Positions 51,574-63,586 of a DNA stretch of 64,000 bases are shown here, piece by piece. The first letter of the stretch is position 1. Each line of letters begins with the position of its first letter. The DNA is from Octopus sinensis (taxonomy: Eukaryota): assembly GCF_006345805.1 (NCBI RefSeq), contig NC_043011.1, forward strand, positions 11,036,001 to 11,100,000, written 5' to 3'. The notes below the pieces were generated by a model that did not search any database, was not told the DNA's origin, and saw only the letters and a program-made list of their open reading frames with translations. Both the position numbers and the translations under genes were made by a program.

Positions 51574-52442
51574 CTACAAAACACAGAGTGTAGTGGAAAG
51601 TGTAGCAGTTGGTAGCCTTCGGAGATTTGATTAAATATATGCACAACACTTTCCAATTTGAAAAGGTACATGGAAGATAAATAGGAGTGGACTATCATTG
51701 AAATCGCTCATAAACAGGAAAGGCAATGCATGAGAAAACATTTAGGGTTAAGTTAAGAAGGTAGTGATTCTAAATCTAGTTTAAGAGAGTGAATACAAAA
51801 TTCAAGAAGTGAGGATTAATTATAATAACAGTGCTTTTCAACCTGAAGACAGGGTATGTAAAAGATAATTAAAGAGGAAAGAGGGTAAAGGTTTATGGGC
51901 AGTTGTCTTCATCTTGGGTCAAGGCAAGGAGCAAGAGAAGTGTGAAGGTTAATGAGGAATATGGTAGTGGTCTTAAACTATAGGTAGATCCAGAGGGAAG
52001 AGATAGTTTAGCAAGTTACACAATTAAAAGAGAATTTTAATTAATTAAAAATAATAGCAAGTTGAGATTGAAACTGCACAAAATAATTTTTACATTAAAA
52101 TCTAGAAAATAATTTTACTTTAAATCTGAATTTTAAAAAATCTAAGTCCTGATTCTGCCATGAAAGTAGAAATTAAAAAATCTGACAGAGACAAAAAATT
52201 TGGTCCTAAAAGATAGGTACATTGGTAAACATTCGTTTTGTGGATATATAAAAATCTTATATGTCATGTGAAATGATGATAATGAAGTTTGGCTCATTAC
52301 TACAGTTAAACATAATTAAAAAATAAAGTGGGGTGAGAAAGGAAGAAATGAAACTGAACAAACTTTTAACGAATGTATGTAATAAACCACAAAATAAATT
52401 GGTCAGATGATGGATGCACATGTGCAAACTAAGCCAACTCAC

Positions 52443-52672
52443 CTTTCTGTAAGCATCACAGACTAGAATCATCTCTTGTAGAAGTTTACCATCAGGATGA
52501 CACTTTGGCACTACTTCCCAGAATATCAGTAACAACTTCTTTATGGTGTGATCATGTAATGGCATCACAAAACGGATGATGGTCATTAATAGTGAGGGCA
52601 TTTTCTCCCCATTTAGAATCATTTGAATGGTTTTCTTCAAAGAACTGATCTTTGTCTTTACATCGCCCTTCT
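52443..52672 (-). CDS. COPB1: COPB1 coding exon 2 (230 nt): [57 protein letters not shown]...[12 protein letters not shown]
   Basis: Acceptor TTTTCAG|, donor AAG|GTGAGT. Phase 1 start fits the preceding exon. Highly conserved beta-COP sequence. Confidence 0.97.
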
Positions 52673-53029
52673 CTGAAAATGCCAATGACAAAAAGGATAA
52701 TTTAGAAAGTTCAGGGTTAATTATTTATTTTTCTTAAAATTTTAAATTAAAAAATTCGCTACAATCACGTATTATATATTTTTTTCCAGTTTTAGCAAAT
52801 ACCTATTTCTTACCTTGAACTAGTTTACTAAGTTAACTATTACTCTTGTGACAGGTAAAATGAAATAAATATTGAGCTTTTAACTCAAACTCACTCTGCC
52901 AATATGTTGAAATTCTTTTACTTTATTCTTCATCAGATTCTACAATGGAAACTAGGTGTTAACTTCTGCACTCATTTATGACTATTGCAAGAAGTAAAAT
53001 AATAATAATGATAAAAACCCTCATAACTG

Positions 53030-53260
53030 AGTTTTCTTCTTACAGCATTCACCCGGGGTGGGTTGAGCTGGCTTCATTCATCCTCAATGCTGCATCTCTC
53101 ACAAACGCTGACCAGGCCTGGCGATTTAAGGCTAATGACCGCATGATCTCCAACCACTCCTTATTCCAGTGGCGAACGCCGTAGATATGGGGCCTAGGTT
53201 GGGTTCCAGATCAGCCTTGACTGAGTTTTGTGGACTCCTAAGTTAATACCTCACAGAACT
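53030..53260 (-). mobile_element. 3' fragment of another RTE-like LINE
   Basis: Reverse translation ...HWNKEWLEIMRSLALNRQAWSAFVRDAA...HPG* resembles RTE C-termini. Confidence 0.5.
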
Positions 53261-53649
53261 TCCTGCTGATCCTACTTTTAGCACCTTCAGACTTGACAAA
53301 TTGCTCCTGTACACTTAATTCATACATATTTTTCTTATCGTACTGTATAGGATAGTATCAGAAGTTAAATGTAGATTGGTAAAAACAGCTGTTTCACCAA
53401 AATACATATTTCATTATGTGGCTCAAAAGACAAGCTGCAGTCTATTCTTATTTAGGGTATTAGCTTCAGACTTTCATAATTACTCCTTCCTGTGCATTGC
53501 CTAAGTTTGCTACATGTCGACAATTTTTTTAAATATAATAATTTAGTCTGAGGTGAATGTGGACTGTACCTGTAACCTTTCCAAGTTCTATAGTGACACT
53601 GCTCTGTCAGTCATTTGGAAATTTCCCTCATAAAATGAAGTAAATGGTA

Positions 53650-53870
53650 AAATTTGAAGCATTCTTTTCTACTCTAGACACAAGTCCTGAAATTTTGGGG
53701 GAGGGGGCCAGTCGATTAGATCAACTCCAATACGCAACTGGTACTTAATTTATTAAGCCCCAAAAGGATGAAAGGCAAAGTCAGCCTTGGCAGAATTTGA
53801 ACTCAGAATGTAAAGACAGACAAAATACCGCTAAGCATTTTGCTCAGTATTTCTGCCAGTTCGCCACCTT
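53650..53870 (-). mobile_element. Diverged tRNA-SINE, family B
   Basis: Reverse-complement homology to 2489-2713. Confidence 0.65.
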
Positions 53871-53950
53871 AGTAAATTTGAAACATTCTGCCATTCTCTC
53901 TTTCAAAGATTTGCATCTTGACACATGTTATTCTTTATAACAAATACAAG

Positions 53951-54033
53951 AAAGTATCTTGTTTCTTCAATGGGACAGTGAAAGTCATTATATTAATGGC
54001 TTTCACTGTCCCACTGAAGAAATAACATACTTT
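53951..54033. repeat. 40-bp stem hairpin with a 3-nt loop
   Basis: Base-by-base pairing of 53951-53990 with 53994-54033; 2 mismatches and 2 G-T pairs on the + strand. Confidence 0.9.
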
Positions 54034-54229
54034 TTTATCTTTTTTTTTTTTGTTACCATTCAGTTATACTCCTTTTAATTTGTACACACATACACACTGA
54101 GTTGTTATCAGAAAAATATTTTCTGTGTTGTAACAGGTTGGAATGATTTGCAATACAACATATTTCATACAATCTATCTTATCTCATGAAATCAAATAAA
54201 AGTTTTTATATAACAAATGTATGCCATTT

Positions 54230-54555
54230 AATAATAATAAAATAATAATGAAATTATTGTATACAGTGCTCAGGTGCACCACAACTTGTCAAAAAGTGCG
54301 TACAAAGTATATGCAGTAATGTACAAATGTCTGGAAAGCGAAAAGTGTATGAGTCAGATACATGCTTGCGTGTGTATGGAGGGGAGAAAATCAGGTGTAA
54401 TGTTGGCGAATCTCAGAAAGCATGGAAGTTTTGAAGGATGCAGTGCTCCGACAACTAACAACTGATGCCGGCAGTTTATTCCATGCTTCAGCGACTCTCA
54501 GCAAGAAAAAATGTTTCTGAAAGTCATGGGAAGCTGTGCTGTTTTCTGACTTTGT
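54230..54555 (-). mobile_element. CR1-type LINE 3' end (same family as 37820-38290)
   Basis: Reverse-complement homology including the (ATT)n tail. Confidence 0.8.
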
Positions 54556-54935
54556 AAATTTCTTCATTATATCTCATATTATGCACTCTTCTTCCATTTT
54601 GTATCATTTTTTAAACTCAGAATGCATCATTCATCAATACTGTATGCATATATCAACACAGGTTTCTCAAGTACTTTGAACATATATTTAACTCATTTGT
54701 TTCCAGTCACTGTCTTCTGAGCCTTCATAATTTATTGTTTGTCATATAACATCCCTACACATTAGACAGTCTCTTCACATACTACAGGTTCTATGCTGCA
54801 CCTGCAATATATGATACATATGCATCATATAATCTTTTCTGTTATTACCTCCATTGCTATATTCATCACACATCTGACACATGCAGTCTCTCAAGTCATC
54901 ATAAAATGCATCATAAAACATGACAGAGCAGTTAA

Positions 54936-55644
54936 CCCTTTCGTTACCAACCCGGCCAAAACCGGCTCTGGCTCTGAGTACAAATGTCTTGTTTTCATAA
55001 GTTTTGAATTAAAATCTTCCACTAAATCTTAGTCACAATTTATGTTCCTAACACTAGCTTAATGATAACTAAGTTATTTTACTAAATTCTTTGTTATATT
55101 TAAAGTAATTGAAAGAAACACAGAGCATCTCAAAATAAATACAGTAACAAAAGGGTTAGAGAAACAATTCTTAGCCCTTTTGATACCAACTTAGCGGAAA
55201 CCACTTCTGGTTCTGTAGTACAAATGTTTTGTTTTCATAAGTTTTGAATTAAAATCTTCCACTAAATCTTAGTCACAATTTATGCTCCCAACACTAGCTG
55301 AATGATAACTAAGTTATTTTACTAAATTCTTTGTTATATTTGAAGTAATTGAAAGAAACACAGAGCATCTCAAAATAAATACTGTAATAAAAGGGTTAAA
55401 ATATATAATAGAGAAACAATTCTTAGCCCTTTTGATACCAACCTAGTGGAAACCACTTCTGGTTCTGTAGTACAAATGTCTTGTTTTCATAAGTTTTGAA
55501 TTAAAATCTTCCACCAAACCTTAGTCACAATTTATGTTCCTAACACTAGCTGAATAACTAAGTTATTTTACTAAATTCTTTGTTATATTTAAAGTAATTG
55601 AAAGAAACACAGAGCATCTCAAAATAAATATGGTAATGAAAGGG
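54936..55644. mobile_element. Tandem trimer of the ~220-bp piggyBac-type MITE
   Basis: Units at 54936-55155, 55175-55395 and 55427-55644; outer TTAA on both sides. Confidence 0.8.
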
Positions 55645-55670
55645 TTAAATGAATTGGACCAAAACCTTAC

Positions 55671-55761
55671 CCAGTTCTTGTTTCAGTTGCATTTCAGAAG
55701 GTGGTTCTGCATCTGTTGGTACATTGATGAGAGTATACGATGCTTGTTCTGCCAGTGACAT
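55671..55761 (-). CDS. COPB1: Coatomer subunit beta, first coding exon (91 nt): MSLAEQASYTLINVPTDAEPPSEMQLKQEL(E)
   Basis: ATG at 55761-55759. The translation matches the beta-COP N-terminus (YTLINVP..EPPSE). Donor G|GTAAG at 55670; upstream acceptor TTCCAG at 55771 gives 9 nt of 5' UTR in this exon. Confidence 0.95.
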
Positions 55762-56043
55762 GGCTTTCTTCTGGAATTAATGAACAATATCAAAACATTA
55801 ATAGCTTCAGCAAAGATACCAGACAGATTCTTGTTGTTTTTTTCTTTTTTTTAAGCAAATGTGCATGTATGCCTATGGATTATGTGTTTTAGAGCTGAAT
55901 GATAAATGTTTCCTTAAACATGGGGCAATTATCACATGAATTAGCACTGAAATTTAGTTTGATAGAGCTCAGAATTAGATACAGATATATTTAATTTGAC
56001 ATAGTTAATATTAAAAGACTAAAAGAAACACAGTACTCAAAGC

Positions 56044-56459
56044 AGATCTCTTCGGTTTGAACGGCAGTTTTTAACATAATTTCTAGGTAACTAAAAAAAT
56101 TTTAAACTTCGTATACTGGTAGAATGTGTTTATAAAACATCTTTTTCTCTTGGCTTTATTAAGAAAATTCTATAGTTTGTAAAATATTTGTTGTTGTTTT
56201 TCTTCAATTTCTACAATTTCAACCAATCAATGACGTCTATTGAGGTAAAAAAACATTCTGTGCCATATGAATATGTCCCTCATTTAAGAAACAGATTGGG
56301 TTTATTTACATTTGAAGAAAAAAAGATACCTTCCCCCCACCCCTAACCCTAACACTAAAACAGATTGAAATGCAATAAATCGATACTAGGGTCATAATTG
56401 TGGGTGACAATTTCATATGACACCGCTAGAAAAAACTGTTGTTCAAACCGAAAAGATCC
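56044..56459 (+). mobile_element. GGATC-TIR MITE, diverged
   Basis: Full-length homology to 36864-37279; TSD not clearly preserved. Confidence 0.8.
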
Positions 56460-56539
56460 CTCGAGTCATTATGGAAAACAAATTCAAGGTTTTCTAATGA
56501 AATTTGTTTATAGGGAAACACTAAAATTATCAACAATGT

Positions 56540-56860
56540 TTTTGTGCCCGGGTCAGACACTTTCGGAAATTCCCGATGTGAATTATCCGAGTCCTCTCCC
56601 CCACCCCCCTTTCGCGAGTGCGCATTTTTTTTGTCATATTCGTTTATTCGTTTAGAGCAAGTTGTTTTACACATATTACACATTTTTTTTTTTTTGTTTT
56701 GGTGCCCGGGTCAGACCCTCAGACGCTTTCGGAAATTCTCGATGTGAATTTTCCGAGGCCTCTCCCCACTCCCCTTTCGCGTGCGCGCATTTTTTTTTCA
56801 TATTCGTTTAGAGGAAGTTGTTTTACACCTATTACATAATTTTTTTTTGTTTTTTTGACC
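56540..56860. repeat. Two ~158-bp tandem units
   Basis: GTGCCCGGGTCAGAC at 56544 and 56702. Confidence 0.75.
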
Positions 56861-56921
56861 GAGTTTAACGCTTTAGTTTAACCTTTTTTTTTTCCATTTT
56901 TACGAAAACCCACGTTTTCGG

Positions 56922-57380
56922 CGGTACTACTAGAGAACAGTGGTCCCGGTGCGCGCACTCGCGCATCCGCGCTAGCTAGTCGTAAGTAGTCGATCCTACA
57001 ACGACTTTTTAACCCTAACCTTAGTTTGTTTATAAAAATAATTTATTTTCTTAGTTAAAAAAATTATTTACTTTGTTCGAAAAATAATTTGTGTAAAAAA
57101 AAATTAGGCGATCCCTCGGTATAAGTACACACGTGTGTTTGTTTACATTTCTGAAGATAACAGAAACCCTTTTCTCCCACCCCTAACCCACCCACCCATA
57201 TATAAAAAAAAACTTTCTTGAAATGTATCCGGTACTTCCGGTACTTATACCGAAGTTACGCCAATTATTTTTATAAACAAAGGTTAGGGTTAAAAAGTCG
57301 TTGTAGGATCGACTACTTACGACTAGCTAGTGCGGATGCGCGAATACGCGCACCGGGACCACTGTTCGCTAGTAGTACCG
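56922..57380. mobile_element. MITE-like element with ~120-bp CpG-rich TIRs (CGGTACTACTAG...)
   Basis: 56922-57040 is the reverse complement of ~57263-57380; no TSD seen. Confidence 0.7.
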
Positions 57381-57626
57381 GAGATTAAGATTCTTCAAAA
57401 AAAATTGTTTGTAAAATTTCAATTTTTCAAAAAAAAAAAAAAAAAATTACCCCAACCCACTTCCGATTCTATAGCTTTCAAGAAGGCTAACCACATGCTA
57501 GAAATAACAAGCCAAAACTGACACTTTATTTCCTTTTAACTTTCAGAAAAATTGATATTTTTAAATAAAATTTTCGACATATACGCTGCCATAAAATAGT
57601 GGAAGAAACACGGCATCAATCTATAT

Positions 57627-57673
<47 letters not shown>

Positions 57674-57757
57674 TAATAAATAAAATATATGCATACATAC
57701 AAACATATATGTACGTACCGACATCTACATGTATATATACATGCATATATAAATATA

Positions 57758-58269
57758 CTAGCAGTATCGCCCGGCGTTGCTCGGGTTTGTAAGGGAAATA
57801 ACTATATAAGCATTTTTAGAGAGTTACTTCCCTTATAGATGCCAATTCGGGCTTTCTTAGCCATTTCTGTTTTGGTGTCTTCAAGCCATGAAGTCGTTGT
57901 TCTAAAAGAACGCTGGTCTCCTTGACAACGCTTTACGACGTTAATTTCCTTACACTCCCTTCCACACAGCTTCACGAGGGAGGGAAGGAGGAGAAGCAAA
58001 CAGGTGCAGCTGTGAGCGTGGACGCCAACTCCGCCGCCATCGACATACGATGCATTTTATGCATTAAAATGGAATAAAAAATGATGTTAAATTATTTTTA
58101 AAATCGTAGACTCATCGTTGACGCGCGCTAATAGTCAGACGGGCTCGATATGAATCACGACTATAAGATACCCGAATTTGGTTAAACTGCACCGCAAAAT
58201 GTGGGAGGAGTTAGGAATCTAAATCGAAGGGGACAGACACTCACACAACTAGAGTTTTATATATATAGA
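57758..58269 (-). mobile_element. Non-autonomous Helitron, about 510 bp
   Basis: TC...hairpin...CTAG termini on the minus strand. Confidence 0.8.
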
Positions 58270-58297
58270 TATACGTACAGGACACCACAAGAAGACG

Positions 58298-58652
58298 TAA
58301 AGTCAAGTTGTGTGTGTCTCCTACGATTTAGATTCCTAACTACTCCCACATTTTGCGGTGCAGTTTAACCAAAACCGTGTATCTTATAGTCGTGGTTCAT
58401 ATCGAGCCCTTCTGGGTATTAGTGCGCGTCTACGATGAGTCTACGATTTTTAAAAAAAATTACCATCATTTTTTTCCATTTTAATGCATTTTTTCGCTAT
58501 AATATAAGGGAAGTAACTCTCTAAAAATTACCATCATTTTTTGTTTTTCCATTTTTAATGCATTTTTTGCTAATTTTTGGCTATAACTCTCTAAAAATGC
58601 TTATATAGTTATTTCCCTTACAAACCCGAGCAACGCCGGGCGATACTGCTAG
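58298..58652 (+). mobile_element. Non-autonomous Helitron (5' end clipped), head-to-head with 57758-58269
   Basis: Homologous to 18047-18427; 3' hairpin plus CTAG|T. Confidence 0.75.
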
Positions 58653-59006
58653 TATATATATACAAGACAATTCTAAGTTGCTTATAATCATGTTCATCAT
58701 TGCTTTGATTATCATCAACAGAGTAGCTAACATCAATTCTGCAGAGATCATAAAAAAATATTAAATCATCATCTAACATCCATGTACCTCGCAGAACTAC
58801 AAATCCTGTGGGGGTGGGTCAGTTTCATTCCAGTGGACAAGGGAATGATCTATGAGAAGGAGGTGGTCCCGGGTTCAGTTCCATTGCATAGCACTTTGGG
58901 CAAGTGTCTTCTACTATAGCCTCGGGCCGACCAAAATCTTGTCAGTGGATTTGGTCGACGGAACTGAAAAAAAACAACATATCGTGTGTGTGTGTGTGTG
59001 TCTTTG

Positions 59007-59405
59007 GGATCTTTTCGGTTTGAACGGCAGTTTTTTCTAGCGGTGTCACATGAAATTGACACCCATAATTATGACCCTAGTATCGATCTATCGCATTTCA
59101 ATCTATTTTAGGGTTAGGGGGAAGGGTATATTTTTTTTCTTTACAAATGTAAATAAACCCAATCTGTTTCTTAAACGAGGGACATATTCATACGGCACAG
59201 AATGTTTTTTTTACCTCAATAGACGTCATTGATTGGTTGAAATCGAAAAAAAACAACAACAAATATCTTACAAACCATAGAATTTTCTCAAGAAAGCCAA
59301 GAGAAAAAGATGTTTTATAAACACATTCTACCAGTATACGAAGTTTAAAATTTTTTAGTTACCTCGAAATTATGTTAAAAACTGCCGTTCAAACCGAAAA
59401 GATCC
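59007..59405 (-). mobile_element. Complete GGATC-TIR MITE nested in a family A SINE (58850-59590)
   Basis: TSD TGTCTTTG at 58999-59006 and 59406-59413. Confidence 0.9.
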
Positions 59406-59767
59406 TGTCTTTGTTCCCCATCACTGCTTAACAGCCGATGTTGGCGTGTTTACCTTCCCGTCACTTAGCAGTTCGGCAAAAAGTAAGCGATAGGGCAAGT
59501 ATCAAGCTAAAATGAAATAATTAAGTACTGGGTCGATTCATTCGACTAAAGGCGGTGCCCCAGGATGGCTGAGACAAGTAAAAGACAATCGTATGAATTC
59601 TGGTGTGCAGAAGAAGTATTCGCAAAACTTTTGTGAACATTCCCAAAAATAAAAAAAAAATTCTGATCCAAATACAATTATCTATAATCCTATTATCGAG
59701 ACACCGAAGACGGGGTCATTGGGTTTATTTGCGACCGTGTGTGTTAGAGAGAAAAGACGCAACTTAC

Positions 59768-59950
59768 CTTGATTCAAACAATCCAATTAACTGAAACAAA
59801 GACACATATATCTATATATTCGCCTTTACTCTTAGGCTTTCTCTTGTTTATCTCCACAGATTTACGCAGGGAGTGAATACTTGAGGGGTGGCGATATGAA
59901 GGGGTCCAAAAATAAAAACTAGACAACAAAATTCAATGAACGTGGCGTAT
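59768..59950 (-). other. COPB1: Probable non-coding first (5' UTR) exon of COPB1; upper boundary uncertain
   Basis: Strong donor AAG|GTAAGT at 59767 in a repeat-free stretch. The coding exon at 55770 begins with an acceptor, so an upstream exon is required. Confidence 0.5.
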
Positions 59951-60050
59951 TCCGTTTTCGCTGTTGAAATCACGTCCAAATCTCGTTCAATAAATGACAG
60001 TCTCCAGAGTGACTTCCCTTCGCTGTGACGTGTCGCTTGTAAAAATAAAT
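59930..60050 (-). promoter_or_regulatory. Candidate COPB1 core promoter with clustered ACGTG-core bZIP sites
   Basis: CpG-enriched unique sequence upstream of the putative first exon: ACGTGG 59940-59945, TCACGTC 59970-59976, TGACGTG 60026-60032. Confidence 0.4.
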
Positions 60051-60164
60051 TAATATACTTTTAATGTCAGAGCATAGTTACAGGTTAATCCTGCTCGTTA
60101 CCTCATAATTTCCTGAAAAATGCAATTTGAATAAAATTATTCTGTACCTGGTTGATCAAAACAC

Positions 60165-60324
60165 AGGAGTGGCTGTGTGGTAAGTAGCTTGCTTACCAAC
60201 CACATGGTTCCGGGTTCAGTCCCACTGAGTGGCACCTTGAGCAAGTGTCTTCTACTATAGCCTCGGGCCGACCAAAGCTTTGTGAGTGGATTTGGTAGAC
60301 GGAAACTGAAAGAAGCCCGTCGTA

Positions 60325-60367
<43 letters not shown>

Positions 60368-60565
60368 TTGTGTGTCTATGTTTGTCCCCCCAACATCGCT
60401 TGACAACCGATGCTGGTGTGTTTACGTCCCCGTAACTTAGTGGTTCGGCAAAAGAGACCGATAGAATAAGAAGCTTACAAAGAATAAGCCCTGGGGTCGA
60501 TTTCCTCGACTAAAGGTGGTGCTCCAGCATGGCCGCAGTCAAATGACTGAAACAAATAAAAGAGT
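60165..60565 (+). mobile_element. tRNA-SINE, family A, full length
   Basis: Head, internal (TA)n and tail intact. Confidence 0.88.
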
Positions 60566-60772
60566 AATTCTTGCAGTCTGATTTATTTGCAAATTTTGGT
60601 TTTACAGGAACCGGTCGAAAAAGATATATCTTTTATCATTTACTTATTTCAGCCTGCATATCAGAAGTAGATGGAGCTGGTTTTCCCCTGAGCAGGTAGA
60701 TATATATCTGAAGATTAAAGTAAAAATGAAAAGGGAAACAGTTTGGCATCACTTGAAAAAAAAAAAAAAAAA

Positions 60773-60935
60773 TGGCTGTGTGGTAAGTAGTTTGCTTACC
60801 AACCACATGGTTCCAGGTTCAGTCCCACTGCGTGGCACCTTGGGCAAGTGTCTTCTATTATAGCCTCGGGCCAAAGCCTTGTGAGTGGATTTGGTAGACG
60901 GAAACTGAAAGAAGCCTGTCGTATATATGTATGTA

Positions 60936-61033
<98 letters not shown>

Positions 61034-61418
61034 GTGTGTGTGTGTCTGTGTTTGTCCCTCCCACCATCGTTAACTGATGGTGGTGTGTTTACGTACCCGG
61101 TTCGGCAAAAGAGACCGATAGAATAAGTACTAGGCTTACAAAGAATAAGTCCTGGGGTCGATTTGCTCGACCAAAGGCGGTGCTCCAGCATGGCCACATT
61201 CAAATGACAAACAAAAGAGTAAATATATATATATGTATGCGTGTTTGTTCCCCCAACATCGCTTGACAACCGATGGTGGTGTGTTTACGTCCCCATAACC
61301 CCGTAACTTAGTGGTTCGGCAAAAGAGACCGATAGAATAAGTACTGGGGTCAATTTGCTCGACTAAAGGCTGTGCTCCAGCATGTCCACAGTCAAATGAC
61401 TGAAACAAGTAAAAGAGT
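60773..61418 (+). mobile_element. tRNA-SINE, family A, with a ~100-bp (TA)n tract and a tandem partial duplicate of its 3' half
   Basis: 3' half repeated at ~61235-61418. Confidence 0.8.
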
Positions 61419-61419
61419 A

Positions 61420-61459
<40 letters not shown>

Positions 61460-62631
61460 CTAGCAGAAATCCGTCGTTGAATGGGTTCAGAAAGAATCTT
61501 CAAAAATTATACTATGATTTATGAAAGTTACTGCTTCGATATCATTGAATGTTTTGTAGCGGAATATCTGCAAGCTCTTATTGCCAAGCTTCAGACCAAA
61601 AAGTTATAATATAGTCTAATATACTATCGAACTCAGTACACATTTGTCCAAATAAAAATTTTGTTCCCAATCATGTAGATGATAAATCTCTATGCATTCT
61701 TATAACTCAAAAGAAAGGAATGCCAGTTTTTGTGTAAAAGAGGTTGTTCCATTAACCAGATATAATCATGGTCGCATACAAACTTCTTATTCTTTATCTC
61801 AACATTCTGATTTATAAATTGAAGCAACCATCACATAGACTGCAGCTTTTGCATATAGAATGCAAGTAAATAAAAGCTTGAAGAAAATTATAAAGACATA
61901 CATATTGCAATGTTTATTCAATAATTACAACAAACACAAATATATATTATCATTGTAATAGGGGCAAATGTGAAAAGGTTTTTCTTACTCCCTAATCTAG
62001 AAGCACCAACATATAGCTGTCCATGTGAAAAACAATCCTCTTCTAAATGCAAACCAGCAACTTGTAGAGTCTGACCTTATGACTTATTGATAGACATTGC
62101 AAAAGACAAACGTATGGGAAACTGAAGTCGTTTGAACCCAAAGGGCATGTTGGAAGGTATTAAAGGAATGCAAGGGATAAAATCATCTTCGCCTTTTCCA
62201 CAGCCAGAAATTATTGTGGCCTCTATAACATTGCTCACTAATTTCTTGACAACGAGTCTTGTGCCATTGCATAACTTTAGTTGTGAGACGTTACGCAGAA
62301 GCATGACCGGAGCACCTGCTTTCAACTGAAGACAATGAGGAGGAGCACCTGTTGGCTCGAGGGAATTCAAAAATTTTACTGGATACTTAACTAATTCTGA
62401 TTCATCTACGACAGAGTCTATGGATTTATAATTGTGCTCAATTGCTGCCAACATTTTCACAAGTCTATCATTTAAACTATTCACTGCAATATTTTTGGTG
62501 CCATAATTACCCTTTCACACAACCAAGCAGGATTTTTAAAATTTGAAATTAATCTGGGGAAAACCTTTTCAATTAGTTCTTCAACCGAATTAATCAGGGT
62601 GGATATTTCTGATAAATTTAATTCACCTTTT
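61460..62631 (-). mobile_element. 3' part of a decayed autonomous Helitron: PIF1-like helicase C-terminus and 3' terminus
   Basis: LIEKVFP...[11 protein letters not shown], (frameshift) [57 protein letters not shown] and FSHGQLYVGASR; CTAG at 61460-61463 with a subterminal hairpin. Confidence 0.9.
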
Positions 62632-62970
62632 GGATCTTTTTGGTTTGAACGGCAGTTTTTTCTAGCGGTGTCATATGAAATTGTCACCCATAATTATGAC
62701 CCTAGTATCGATCTATTGCATTTCAATCTGTTTTAGGGTTAGGGTTAGGAGTGGGGGGAAGGGTATCTTTTTTTCTTCACAAATGTAAACAAACCCAATC
62801 TGTTTCTTAAACAAGGGGCATATTCATACGGCACAGAATGTTTTTTACCTCAATAGATGTCAGTCATTGGTTGAAATTGCAGAAATTGAAGAAAAACAAC
62901 AACAAATATCTTACAAACTATAGAATTTTCTCAATAAAGCCAAGAGAAAAAGATGTTTTATAAACACATT
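62632..62970 (-). mobile_element. GGATC-TIR MITE inserted in the Helitron helicase and cut by an LTR element
   Basis: TIR at 62632; homology stops abruptly at AAACACATT|TGTAG. Confidence 0.8.
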
Positions 62971-63566
62971 TGTAGTGATCCTATAACGGCGCGCACTCGC
63001 GCACTGTCCATTTGTATTTCGCGCGTGTTGGTGCCTTTACCAAGGCAGAGAGAGGAAGGGCCCTCTCGCGCATGCGCGAAGCACCGGAACAAGAACCCTT
63101 TTGCCTATGTAGCAGTTAGCCGAGGCAAGGGGGTCGTAAGACGTTGACCACCAGCGTCCAGCAGTAGCGGCGACTTGGGACAGCTGCGACCGAAGGAGAC
63201 GGACGTGTATTCTCGCTGTCCAGCTTTGATAGCAGTCGGCCGAAAGCTTTTAACCAAATTGTTGCCGACCACATTCAACTTCCCTGTTCGACGCCATCTT
63301 GAACCCATTCTGGTTTTAGCGGCTGAATATTGTAAATATTACAATCGATTAACTTTCAGCCTTGCGTGCCCCGAACCAAGGACATCAGATAACCACTTAT
63401 TGTTATTGTTACCAAGAAAGAGAATAAAGTAGTATATATATATTTTACGTCTGCGTCTTGTTGTTTCTGACTGGTAGAATTCTGGATTATTAAAGCAACG
63501 GCTAGTGATTGCTTTCTTGTACCCCGAAAGTACAAGAGAAGATATTCACTCACGAAGTTCGTTACA
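62971..63566 (+). mobile_element. 5' LTR (596 bp) of an LTR retrotransposon extending beyond the window
   Basis: TGTA...TACA termini; CpG-rich; AATAAA near 63422; followed after 1 nt by a PBS. Confidence 0.8.
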
Positions 63567-63567
63567 G

Positions 63568-63586
63568 TGGTGACCCCGACGTGATT
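63568..63586 (+). promoter_or_regulatory. Primer-binding site complementary to the tRNA-Trp 3' end
   Basis: TGGTGACCCCGACGTGATT is the reverse complement of the metazoan tRNA-Trp(CCA) 3' end (...AATCACGTCGGGGTCACCA), as recalled. Confidence 0.85.

Noticed and set aside
60600-60705. Possible small + strand exon (TTTCAG|...CAG|GTAGAT) of a divergent gene
   Set aside because: No recognisable protein and no partner exons found; the splice-like words could be chance.
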